This document shows, piece by piece, positions 1-6,274 of a DNA stretch of 6,274 bases. Within the stretch, counting starts at the first letter, position 1. Every line of letters begins with the position of its first letter. The stretch lies in IMG/VR virus record IMGVR_UViG_2681813205_000009. One strand, written 5' to 3'. The position numbers and the translations under genes are program-made. This DNA comes from a virus. Taxonomy: Duplodnaviria; Heunggongvirae; Uroviricota; Caudoviricetes. The notes beneath the pieces are model-generated. The model was not told the origin of the DNA and made no database searches. It was given only the letters and a program-made list of their open reading frames with translations.

Positions 1-151
1 AGGTAACCGCCTCCCCTTTTTCATTCAGCTCATTGCAGAAAAAATACCGCTCACCACCCTGTACCGTCAGGTCGATTTCCCAGAGTACCACCCGCGGTGA
101 CTGCTCTGATTTAACCGACTCGTTCAGGCTTTCTTCATGAATATTCTGCAT
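1..151 (-). CDS. L: Minor tail protein L, N-terminal ~50 codons only (gene continues beyond the window's left edge)
   Basis: Manual minus-strand translation from ATG at 151..149 gives MQNIHEESLNESVKSEQSPRVVLWEIDLTVQGGERYFFCNELNEKGEAVT, closely matching the N-terminus of lambda gpL as I recall it (MQDIRQETLNE...VVLWEIDLTEVGGERYFFCNEQNEKGEPVT). The start overlaps the M stop in an ATGA arrangement. Not in the ORF track because it is truncated. Confidence 0.85.
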   Translation of the reverse strand, partial: MQNIHEESLNESVKSEQSPRVVLWEIDLTVQGGERYFFCNELNEKGEAVT

Positions 152-492
152 CAGTTCACCACCTGCTCAATCGTACAGCTGAAATCACTGTACCGGGCGT
201 TATCCGTGACGCTCCACTCCCGGCACACCACCCTCACCGTCCGGTTATGTTTCGGCGGTCGCCACAAAAAGGCACGGTAACCACCATGCCAGGATAAAAA
301 TTCATCCAGCCAGCGCCGGGTTGACTCATCCGTCACCCGGAACACCGCCTGAAACGTCTTCAGTTGAGGATTCAGCCCTGTGGGGCGACGCTGTTCATAA
401 CCGTCACCAAACCGTACCCTCGCCACCGACGGTTTCTCACTCACCTGCATCCCTTCACGCGGGACCAGATGCAGCGTTTTTATCTCAGCCAC
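151..492 (-). CDS. M: Minor tail protein M (113 aa)
   Basis: ORF track 151..492(-). Clear similarity to recalled lambda gpM (VRFGDGY, LKT, HGG..FLW.PP, C-terminal EQVVN). The start is GTG at 492..490, with an in-frame TGA immediately upstream so no ATG extension is possible. GGAGGAA Shine-Dalgarno lies about 7 nt upstream. Overlaps the tape measure stop by 8 nt (GTGGCTGA). Confidence 0.9.
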   Translation of the reverse strand: MAEIKTLHLVPREGMQVSEKPSVARVRFGDGYEQRRPTGLNPQLKTFQAVFRVTDESTRRWLDEFLSWHGGYRAFLWRPPKHNRTVRVVCREWSVTDNARYSDFSCTIEQVVN

Positions 493-3400
493 TCAGCATT
501 CCTCCGTCACGTCGCATGGACAGCATCACCGCCTGCACCCGCTGGTCAATCAGCTGCACAAGACTGCCTGCCGCCTCCGGCCCTATCTGGCCATTAGCCC
601 CGTCATTCTGAATGGCGATGTGGTAGACCGGGGAATACACCAGACCGGCACTGCCGTTCATACTGCCCACCGCGCGTACGCCCAGCGAGCCATCCGCCGC
701 CCGGGTCAGGGGCATAATGGCTTCAGGACCGGCCTCCCCCATCAGTCCCGCCCCTTTTGCAAAGGCAAAGTACGTGGGCGTATCCACAATACTGTTGCTG
801 TACGCACTCAGGTTTGCCGAGGTATACACGCCGCCTTTTGCATTGGCCACCGCCCCGCCCAGCCAGTCACCAATGCTGCCGAGAAATCCTCCCGCACCGG
901 ACATACCGTTTGCCGCCGTCTTAATTCCGTTGACAATCGCGGCATTCATAAGAACTTTTGATATTTCCTGCAGCACTGATGAGGCCCAGCTGCGCCATTC
1001 CACTTTATTTCCGTTCAGCATCTCCGTGATGTTATTCACCATCCCTGAGATACCCTCCGTCGCAAGCTGTGCTGCCTGTGAGGCGTAATCGGACGCATTA
1101 TCCACCCAGTTACTGAATCCCTCCTGCAGCCCTTTCTGCCAGTCCGCACGCTGCACATCCGATTCGGCATAAAAGGCTGCCTGGTCCTTAAGGCGTTCGC
1201 TCAGATACTGCGCGTTCTGTGCCCGTGCCTGTCTGTAAAAATCCTCACTGATATCCCCGGTCTGATACTGAGACTGAAGGTCCGCATCCTTCTGGCGGAA
1301 GCTGTCGCGGATCTGCTGCAACTCCCGCATGCGTTCTCTGGCTCGTTCCCCCTGCCCGTACCCCAGCAGTTCAGCATCATTCGACGCACGCGCAGCCGCA
1401 TTCTCATTCTTCAGTGTCTCTTCCCGGGATCGCAACTGTTCCCGGATTTTTTGCTGGTCAATCAGGGCCGCATTACGCAGCAGCTCCTGCTTCTGCATCT
1501 CCGTCAGGGTTTTCAGTTCGCCCTGCGCAGTCTGGTATTTCAGCTTCGCCAGCTCTGTATTCTGACCCGCCAGTGCCAGTTGCTCTTTCTGCTGCTTCAG
1601 TAGCCGGGAAAAACTGTCTTCCGCTTTTTCCGTCTCTGATTTTCTACCCCGGGATTTAGGTTTGTTCGCCTCGTTATTACGCCAGGCTTCCAGAGCATTA
1701 CTGATATAACGCTGTCTCGCCTCCTGATACGAATCCCCCACAAAACCAAGGTCATCCGCCGCATACCCCAGCCGGGCACGCTCTTTTTCCTCCCCCTTCA
1801 GTCGGGACAGGGCCAGCTCACGTTCTGTTTTTGTCAGGGCGCTCTGCTGTTTATCATCCAGGGTGGCCTGCGGCAGCCGTAACGGTACATTCACCAGTCC
1901 CTGACGCTGCTGAAGCAGTTCATTCCCCAGCCCCAGCAGACGGTTGAATTCCGTATGCTGACCGTTCATAACCAGCATGGACTGGTACACCTTATTCTGC
2001 TCTGCCGCCTGCTGACGAATTAACGCCACACGACGGTCTTCCAGCCCGGCAAGCACATCCTGAATGGACTGCGCTTTTTCCTGCATCTGTGCCAGACGGG
2101 ACTGCTCAACGGCAAGCTGCTCTGTTGCCTGAGCAAGCCCTTCCGTTACGGTCTTCACCGAGGTCAGATGGTTTATCATGAATCCGTCACCGGTCGTCCA
2201 GCCCGGGTTCGCCAGAACATACTGATATCCTGCGATTTTTTCCTGCAGGGATTTCACCCGACTGGCCTGTTCATCAATCAGCCGGTTCTGCTCTGTCAGC
2301 GCCGCCCGTGTTCGTCCTTCATTATCTGAGGCTTCAGGCAAAGACATTGACGGCGTTTTATGCGCGATTTCATCTATCGTCAGTGCATACTGGCGCGCAG
2401 ACTCCCTGGCCTGCTCCTGATTCTGGTACAGCGTGTACCATGCTGCAGCCCCCAGCATCACCAGTCCGGGTACGCCACCAACCAGCCCCAGCGCACCGCT
2501 CATCAGACGTGAGCCCACCGCCGTTGTACTGTTCAGCGCATTCTGGGCGGCGCTTCTGGCAGCAATATTTCTGTTCAGGCGTTCCTGTGTGGCCGCCAGA
2601 CGGGCCTCTGCAGCAATCTGCATCTCCGTCCCGCGGGCTGCCGCCACGGCCTGCTGAGCACGGTACACGGCTGCCCTTGCCCGCGCCGTGGCAATCTGCG
2701 TTCCCCTGAACTGTGCTTCCGCCAGTGCCACTTCATTACGTGCTGCCGTCACAAGTCCTGCCGTGGCAGACACCGCTCCGGAGGCCATATTGCCAAAGTA
2801 CCGGGCAACCCCGACGGCAACCAGCGCGCCCACGGCTGTTGCCACATTATCAATCTGTCCGGCAACACCGTTCAGCATGCCGGAGAGCGTTTTTGTCACC
2901 CCGCTGGCCTCATTCGCACCGCCCACCCAGGCCATAAAGGCGTTTTCCACCTTTGTGATACTACTGGAAACCGTTTCCGGCATGGCCGCATATTCATCAC
3001 GTAATATCCCCAGCTGGCTGATTAACGCGGGGACCACTTTATCCGCTGTCAGTTTTCCGTCATCCGCCATTGCCTTCAGATCTTTACGGGCCACGCCCAT
3101 ACCCGCAGCCAGTGCACGTACGATCCGGTCACCACTTTCATTGACCGAATTAAATTCCTCACCGCGTAACACACCCTGTGCCAGCGCCTGGCTGAACTGG
3201 GTGATCACCGAGCCCGCCTCTGCCGTACTGGCACCGGAGATTTTCAGCCCCGTGGAAATGGCCTCCGTCACCTTCAGCACATCATCAGCACTGTAACCAT
3301 ATTCACGCATTGAGGCTGCCGAGCGGGCAAACAGGGCCGCATTATCTGAAAATGCCGTGCCCGTCCGCTGACTGATATCCATCAGCACTTTCTGTGATGA

Positions 3401-3727
3401 CGAAAATTCATCAGATGACTGCGACGCCTGTTTCAGACGGGCATTCACGGAACTCCACTCATCAGCCAGTGAAATCAGGTGTCCGGTGGCAAAGGCACCG
3501 GCAAATGCGCCAGCCATTCCGACAGCAGAACCGCGAATTTCCGTCAACTGGCTGTTCAGTTCTGCCAGGGCACGTCGCTGCTCCCGGGCTGCCGCAGCGG
3601 CCTGACGCCCGCCATTCTGCAGGGTCCGGTAATATTCACTGCCCATACGGGAAGCACGCTGGAGCTCCGACTGGAATGACTGTGAATTTGCCGAAATTTT
3701 GATAATCAGTTCACGTAACGTCGCCAT
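485..3727 (-). CDS. H: Tail tape measure protein (1080 aa)
   Basis: Longest ORF in the window, positioned between the G-T chaperone genes and M. Ala/Gln/Arg-rich, predicted alpha-helical central region; hydrophobic Gly/Ala-rich segments (e.g. LMSGALGLVGGVPGLVMLGAAAWYTLY). The C-terminal tail (NDGANGQIGPEAAG...RRDGGMLSG) resembles the recalled lambda gpH C-terminus (NNDGTNGQIGPAAL...MRDGGLFSG). The N-terminal ~250 aa looks like a generic tape-measure N-terminal domain rather than lambda H. GAAAGG Shine-Dalgarno precedes the ATG at 3727. Confidence 0.95.
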   Translation of the reverse strand: MATLRELIIKISANSQSFQSELQRASRMGSEYYRTLQNGGRQAAAAAREQRRALAELNSQLTEIRGSAVGMAGAFAGAFATGHLISLADEWSSVNARLKQASQSSDEFSSSQKVLMDISQRTGTAFSDNAALFARSAASMREYGYSADDVLKVTEAISTGLKISGASTAEAGSVITQFSQALAQGVLRGEEFNSVNESGDRIVRALAAGMGVARKDLKAMADDGKLTADKVVPALISQLGILRDEYAAMPETVSSSITKVENAFMAWVGGANEASGVTKTLSGMLNGVAGQIDNVATAVGALVAVGVARYFGNMASGAVSATAGLVTAARNEVALAEAQFRGTQIATARARAAVYRAQQAVAAARGTEMQIAAEARLAATQERLNRNIAARSAAQNALNSTTAVGSRLMSGALGLVGGVPGLVMLGAAAWYTLYQNQEQARESARQYALTIDEIAHKTPSMSLPEASDNEGRTRAALTEQNRLIDEQASRVKSLQEKIAGYQYVLANPGWTTGDGFMINHLTSVKTVTEGLAQATEQLAVEQSRLAQMQEKAQSIQDVLAGLEDRRVALIRQQAAEQNKVYQSMLVMNGQHTEFNRLLGLGNELLQQRQGLVNVPLRLPQATLDDKQQSALTKTERELALSRLKGEEKERARLGYAADDLGFVGDSYQEARQRYISNALEAWRNNEANKPKSRGRKSETEKAEDSFSRLLKQQKEQLALAGQNTELAKLKYQTAQGELKTLTEMQKQELLRNAALIDQQKIREQLRSREETLKNENAAARASNDAELLGYGQGERARERMRELQQIRDSFRQKDADLQSQYQTGDISEDFYRQARAQNAQYLSERLKDQAAFYAESDVQRADWQKGLQEGFSNWVDNASDYASQAAQLATEGISGMVNNITEMLNGNKVEWRSWASSVLQEISKVLMNAAIVNGIKTAANGMSGAGGFLGSIGDWLGGAVANAKGGVYTSANLSAYSNSIVDTPTYFAFAKGAGLMGEAGPEAIMPLTRAADGSLGVRAVGSMNGSAGLVYSPVYHIAIQNDGANGQIGPEAAGSLVQLIDQRVQAVMLSMRRDGGMLSG

Positions 3728-3743
3728 TCACCTTTCTCCGGGC

Positions 3744-3768
3744 AAAAAAACCTGCCACAGCAGGTTTT
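3744..3768 (-). terminator. Terminator-like hairpin in the T-H intergenic region (possibly bidirectional)
   Basis: Minus strand reads AAACCTGC-TGTG-GCAGGTTT followed by TTTTTTTGCC: an 8-bp stem with a 5-bp GC core (plus-strand arms 3751..3755 and 3760..3764), a 4-nt loop and a T-run. It sits in the 50-nt gap between the T-frame stop (3778) and the tape measure start (3727). Confidence 0.45.
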
Positions 3769-3777
3769 CATCATTAT

Positions 3778-4457
3778 TTATGACATTGCTGCAAAGCTCA
3801 GCGCGTCTTCCAGCGCCGCAAACGGATCTGACTCCACTTTATCCTCATCCTCGCCCCAGCAGAGCATGGCGTCCTCCAGTGAAACATTCATCCCCTGCGC
3901 CCCGAAAACCGCTTTCACGATCTGCGCATTACGGATATCCCCGCGCTCATCGCCCAGCGGGGACACCCTGTCGAACTCCATCCACATCATCGCCTCGCTC
4001 GCACTCAGACTGTGGCCCAGTTCGGATAAGGTGCGCCCCAGACGGAGCGCAAGTCGCATCAGAAAGCGAATTTCCGGGCGGGCTACTTTTTTCTGGCCGA
4101 CTCTGCATCAGCGATCAGTTCCAGTGCCTGACGCAGCAACCGGGCATGTACCGGACCATAGACGGCCAGCACCTGCTCACGGTCGTCCGGAGTGAACACC
4201 CGCTGCAGATCCGTATCACACAGGACATCGCAGAACAGCGTCACATCCGCTTCCAGGTTACGGCGGGTTTTCGCCACCACCGACAGGGTATCGTCATCCT
4301 CTCCATCACCATTGAGCACTTCCTGCCACAGATACCAGGCCTCTGCCGAAGGCTCCCGCAGCACCACGCTGACATTACCCCATTCCGGCACCTTCACCGT
4401 TTTATGACGAAACCCTGACAGTCTGGCCAGCGCCAGCGTTTTCAGATCCTTTTTCAT
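3778..4457 (-). CDS. Tail assembly chaperone G-T fusion made by -1 programmed ribosomal frameshift (about 226 aa)
   Basis: The G frame ends ...ARKK-TAG at 4083..4085. Slipping -1 at A_AAA_AAG (4086..4092) continues as VARPEIRFLMRLALRLGRTLSELGH..., which is exactly the ORF-track T-frame ORF 3778..4059. The T frame has no ribosome-binding site or independent context of its own. Position between major tail and tape measure genes matches the conserved G/GT arrangement of long-tailed phages. Confidence 0.8.
4083..4457 (-). CDS. Tail assembly chaperone G (about 124 aa from ATG 4457; the track ORF extends to 4505)
   Basis: ORF track 4083..4505(-). I prefer the in-frame ATG at 4457 (MKKDLKTLALARL...): it lies 14 nt after the major tail stop and is preceded by AAGGGGA. 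The 4505 start would overlap the major tail gene by 34 nt and add an Arg-rich leader. Acidic segment (NGDGEDDD) and terminal slippery heptamer are typical of G-like chaperones. Confidence 0.8.
   Translation of the reverse strand: MKKDLKTLALARLSGFRHKTVKVPEWGNVSVVLREPSAEAWYLWQEVLNGDGEDDDTLSVVAKTRRNLEADVTLFCDVLCDTDLQRVFTPDDREQVLAVYGPVHARLLRQALELIADAESARKK
4086..4092 (-). other. -1 programmed frameshift slippery heptamer A_AAA_AAG
   Basis: Minus strand reads GCC AGA AAA AAG TAG. The heptamer A AAA AAG (the same motif as the E. coli dnaX shift site) sits immediately before the G stop, and the -1 frame stays open for 102 codons to 3778. Confidence 0.8.
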
Positions 4458-4471
4458 GATGACCCATCCCC

Positions 4472-5188
4472 TTATCCGGCGGCTGCGCTCACTGTCACGG
4501 TGCATTCAACAGACGTCACACTCTGTGCTTTCTCTGCCGAATCGGTCACCACGCAGGTATATTTCCCCGCATCAGCGGACTGCGCACCTGGCTTACTGAA
4601 GGTGTCTGTCGTCTGCCCGTCAACCGGCTGACCATCCTTCTTCCAGGCGTATTTATACGGCGGCGTTCCCCCGTTGGCACTGACTGACATTGTCAGCAGC
4701 GCACCTGTATTCACGGTAAGTGTTTTATCCAGATTTTTCACAAACGCCAGCGGTACCACAAAGGACACCGGTTTGCCTTTCATACGCAGTGAAAACGTTG
4801 CTGCCACCACGCCGTTGGTACCGGATGACCAGGTGTGCTGACGCACTTCCGCCAGGAACTTAAAGCCCTTACCGGACGGAAACAGCACCTTAAACGCATA
4901 CAACGCGTCATTGTCATAGGCATCACGCAGGGCGTTCTGGGCCTGATTCAGATAAAAATTACCCGACATGGAAATCTCAGACGACGCCCCCAGACCGTTG
5001 ATGTTCTCCTGCTCTGTGGAGCAGAGCGTGGTCACATCAATATCCTGTTTCTGACCGGCGGTGAACTGGACTTCCTTGATGGTGCAGTCCAGGCGCAGAT
5101 ATTCCGCCTTATCCATAGTTTCAGCAGTCGCCGGGGCAGATGAAATCATCACCTGCGTCAGCTGTGAGCGTTCATACAAAGCAGACAT
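4472..5188 (-). CDS. Major tail (tube) protein with C-terminal Ig-like domain (238 aa)
   Basis: ORF track 4472..5188(-). Strong AGGAGG Shine-Dalgarno 4 nt upstream of ATG 5188. Lies immediately upstream of G/G-T, the conserved major-tail position. The C-terminal ~80 aa carry an immunoglobulin-type motif (YKYAWKKDGQPV...DAGKYTCVVTD), as seen in Ig-like decorations of phage major tail proteins. Confidence 0.88.
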   Translation of the reverse strand: MSALYERSQLTQVMISSAPATAETMDKAEYLRLDCTIKEVQFTAGQKQDIDVTTLCSTEQENINGLGASSEISMSGNFYLNQAQNALRDAYDNDALYAFKVLFPSGKGFKFLAEVRQHTWSSGTNGVVAATFSLRMKGKPVSFVVPLAFVKNLDKTLTVNTGALLTMSVSANGGTPPYKYAWKKDGQPVDGQTTDTFSKPGAQSADAGKYTCVVTDSAEKAQSVTSVECTVTVSAAAG

Positions 5189-5204
5189 TCTGCCTCCTGA
5201 TAAT

Positions 5205-5225
5205 AAAAAACCCGCACGCGGCGGG
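5205..5225 (-). terminator. Terminator-like hairpin in the intergenic region upstream of the major tail gene
   Basis: Minus strand reads CCCGC-CGCGT-GCGGG followed directly by TTTTTTATTA: a 5-bp all-GC stem (plus-strand arms 5211..5215 and 5221..5225), 5-nt loop and T6 run, about 17 nt upstream of the major tail AGGAGG. Confidence 0.4.
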
Positions 5226-5254
5226 GTATGGGTTTTGTAGAAAAAAAGAAAAAG

Positions 5255-5599
5255 TCACACCGTGACCTGAAACTCCAGGGTTGCACGGTAACAGCGGTTT
5301 TCCGGAATATAGTCCTGCATTTCACTGACGGATCCCGGGGCCAGCAGCATTATGGCTTCACGGGCGTCCTGACGTATCTGACGCGCCTGCGTCACAGTCC
5401 CGGCATAAACGTCTATCTGCACCGACACTGAGGACTCCGCCTGCCCGCCCATCACGTCCGCCGACACCGATGAAATCAGGCTGAAAACCACCCACGGAAG
5501 CGCCACCGACGGCCTGCCATCCAGCAGGGGGACCACATACGGGTACACCTGCCCGCCGGCAAGATGCGCCAGATGAGGATACAAATCCGCCTCCGTCAT
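5255..5599 (-). CDS. Tail terminator / tail completion protein, lambda U position (114 aa)
   Basis: ORF track 5255..5599(-). Size and position (immediately upstream of the major tail gene) match the tail-terminator slot. The N-terminal pattern (VYP...DGRP...PWVVF) resembles what I recall of DUF3168-type tail terminator proteins. Start ATG overlaps the upstream stop as ATGA. Family assignment is from memory, not a search. Confidence 0.65.
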   Translation of the reverse strand: MTEADLYPHLAHLAGGQVYPYVVPLLDGRPSVALPWVVFSLISSVSADVMGGQAESSVSVQIDVYAGTVTQARQIRQDAREAIMLLAPGSVSEMQDYIPENRCYRATLEFQVTV

Positions 5600-6042
5600 C
5601 GTCTCAGTACCTCATCAATGGCCCGGTTCATCCGAGCAATCGCCACTTGCGCTGCCTGTTCACTGCGCACATCAAACGCCGGACGCACAAACGGGTGCGG
5701 TGGCATATTCACGGTCCCCATTTCCACAAACCGCCAGTAGAAAGCGTTGCGCGGGTTATCCGCCTTCATGGTGTTATCGCTGTTACCGGTGTCCGGATTA
5801 ACACCCCGGATATGCACACCGGATTCCATCCCGCCATCGCGGGAGCGCCGGGAAAGGACCACCACATTGCGGCGCAGTTTTCCCCTGCGTACCGGTGCCC
5901 GTGACACCACTTCTTCTTTCAGCACATTCGCACCCGCACGGGTTGCCTCACGCAGCACCCGGTTATTTTCCGCACCACTCAGAAGCTGCAAATCGCGGCT
6001 GATGTCCTCCAGCCCCGAAAAATCCAGCAGGGTTTCGATCAT
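5596..6042 (-). CDS. HK97 gp10-family tail-component protein, lambda Z position (148 aa)
   Basis: ORF track 5596..6042(-). GGGAGG Shine-Dalgarno 7 nt upstream of ATG 6042. Conserved-looking C-terminal segment (AFYWRFVEMGT...PPHPFVRPAFD) resembles the HK97 gp10 family as I recall it. Positioned two genes upstream of the major tail gene. Confidence 0.7.
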   Translation of the reverse strand: MIETLLDFSGLEDISRDLQLLSGAENNRVLREATRAGANVLKEEVVSRAPVRRGKLRRNVVVLSRRSRDGGMESGVHIRGVNPDTGNSDNTMKADNPRNAFYWRFVEMGTVNMPPHPFVRPAFDVRSEQAAQVAIARMNRAIDEVLRR

Positions 6043-6184
6043 TTTTCACCTCCCAGCCGACAGAGAATTTCCAGACGTCCGCCGGTCGCATCCGGCACGG
6101 GCAGCCCGACAACGTTCAGGATCCGGTCACGCCAGGGACCACTCAGCACATGAAGTCGTGACGCTGCCGTCGATACTCCTGATT

Positions 6185-6214
6185 ATGATATCTTTTTAAC
6201 GGATAATCTGTCAA
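6185..6214 (-). promoter_or_regulatory. Candidate sigma70-type promoter reading into the tail genes
   Basis: Minus strand has TTGACA (complement of 6214..6209), an 18-nt spacer, then TATCAT (complement of 6190..6185): a perfect -35 and a 5/6 -10. It lies inside the only AT-rich island of an otherwise GC-rich window. Predicted start near 6178, about 136 nt upstream of the ATG at 6042. Confidence 0.35.
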
Positions 6215-6274
6215 ATCTTACTGACTCTGGCTTGCTTTTAAGCGATGATGAGTCTGGCGTACGGGCAATTGGCC
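6186..6274 (-). CDS. Possible 3' end of an upstream gene (C-terminal ~30 codons, unknown product)
   Basis: Only one minus-strand frame is open across 6186..6274, ending at TAA 6185..6183 with ...PDSSSLKSKPESVRFDRLSVKKIS. The composition is AT-rich and low-complexity, so coding status is doubtful. Not in the ORF track. Confidence 0.2.

Noticed and set aside
1201-1779. Minus-strand ORFs 1201..1407 (68 aa) and 1597..1779 (60 aa)
   Set aside because: Out-of-frame ORFs nested inside the tape measure gene on the same strand; Arg-rich, no ribosome-binding site, and the tape measure frame is continuous across them.
2688-3296. Plus-strand ORF of 202 aa, plus other plus-strand ORFs at 2308..2709, 2433..2657, 2713..2937, 620..961, 717..1088, 1329..1565, 1414..1659, 3394..3702 and 3479..3679
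   Set aside because: All lie antisense within the tape measure gene. Their translations are Ala/Pro/Ser/Arg-rich and low-complexity, as expected from the reverse strand of a GC-rich gene; none has a ribosome-binding site or fits the operon organisation.
4040-4085. Possible stimulatory stem-loop downstream of the frameshift heptamer
   Set aside because: Only weak, imperfect complementarity was visible by eye (a GCGC...GCGC pairing); not enough to call a structure without a folding calculation.
3699-4418. Plus-strand ORF of 239 aa, with 3866..4195 and 4192..4407
   Set aside because: Antisense to the G and G-T chaperone genes, which are strongly supported by the frameshift architecture; Pro/Arg/Ser-rich composition typical of spurious antisense frames.
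5747-6199. Plus-strand ORF of 150 aa, with 5647..5904, 4835..5143, 5228..5431, 321..611 and 364..597
   Set aside because: Antisense to the Z-like, U-like, major tail and M genes, or spanning their intergenic regions; Arg/Ser-rich translations, no convincing start context, and they contradict the single-strand operon layout.
1-6274. Looked for CRISPR repeats, tRNA or rRNA genes, IS terminal inverted repeats, integrase or att sites, and defence or toxin-antitoxin cargo
   Set aside because: No regularly spaced direct repeats, no cloverleaf-capable segments, and no sizeable non-structural ORFs were seen. Intergenic gaps are 50 to 140 nt, too small for moron genes. This was a by-eye scan, so short repeats could have been missed.

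Overview
The window is a contiguous siphovirus (lambda-like) tail-morphogenesis module, encoded entirely on the minus strand and most likely part of an enterobacterial prophage or phage. Reading 5'->3' on the minus strand (high to low coordinates) the order is: an HK97 gp10-family protein in the lambda Z position (5596..6042), a small tail-terminator-like protein in the U position (5255..5599), a major tail tube protein with a C-terminal Ig-like domain (4472..5188), the tail assembly chaperone pair G and G-T joined by a -1 programmed frameshift at an A_AAA_AAG heptamer (3778..4457), a 1080-aa tape measure protein (485..3727), minor tail protein M (151..492), and the N-terminus of minor tail protein L (1..151, truncated by the window edge). 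M, L and the C-terminus of the tape measure are recognisably similar to lambda gpM, gpL and gpH from recalled sequence; the other calls rest on gene order, size and motifs. I see no rRNA, tRNA, CRISPR array, IS element or defence/toxin cargo. All plus-strand ORFs in the track look like antisense artefacts of GC-rich coding sequence. The points worth a second look are regulatory rather than a new system: two terminator-like hairpins inside the operon (just upstream of the major tail gene and of the tape measure gene), and an AT-rich island at 6170..6250 carrying a near-consensus sigma70-like promoter upstream of a roughly 140-nt leader that contains a small ORF ending in an ATGA overlap with the first tail gene. 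I do not find evidence for a previously undescribed biological system here. Nothing was computed or searched; all homology statements are from memory and by-eye translation.
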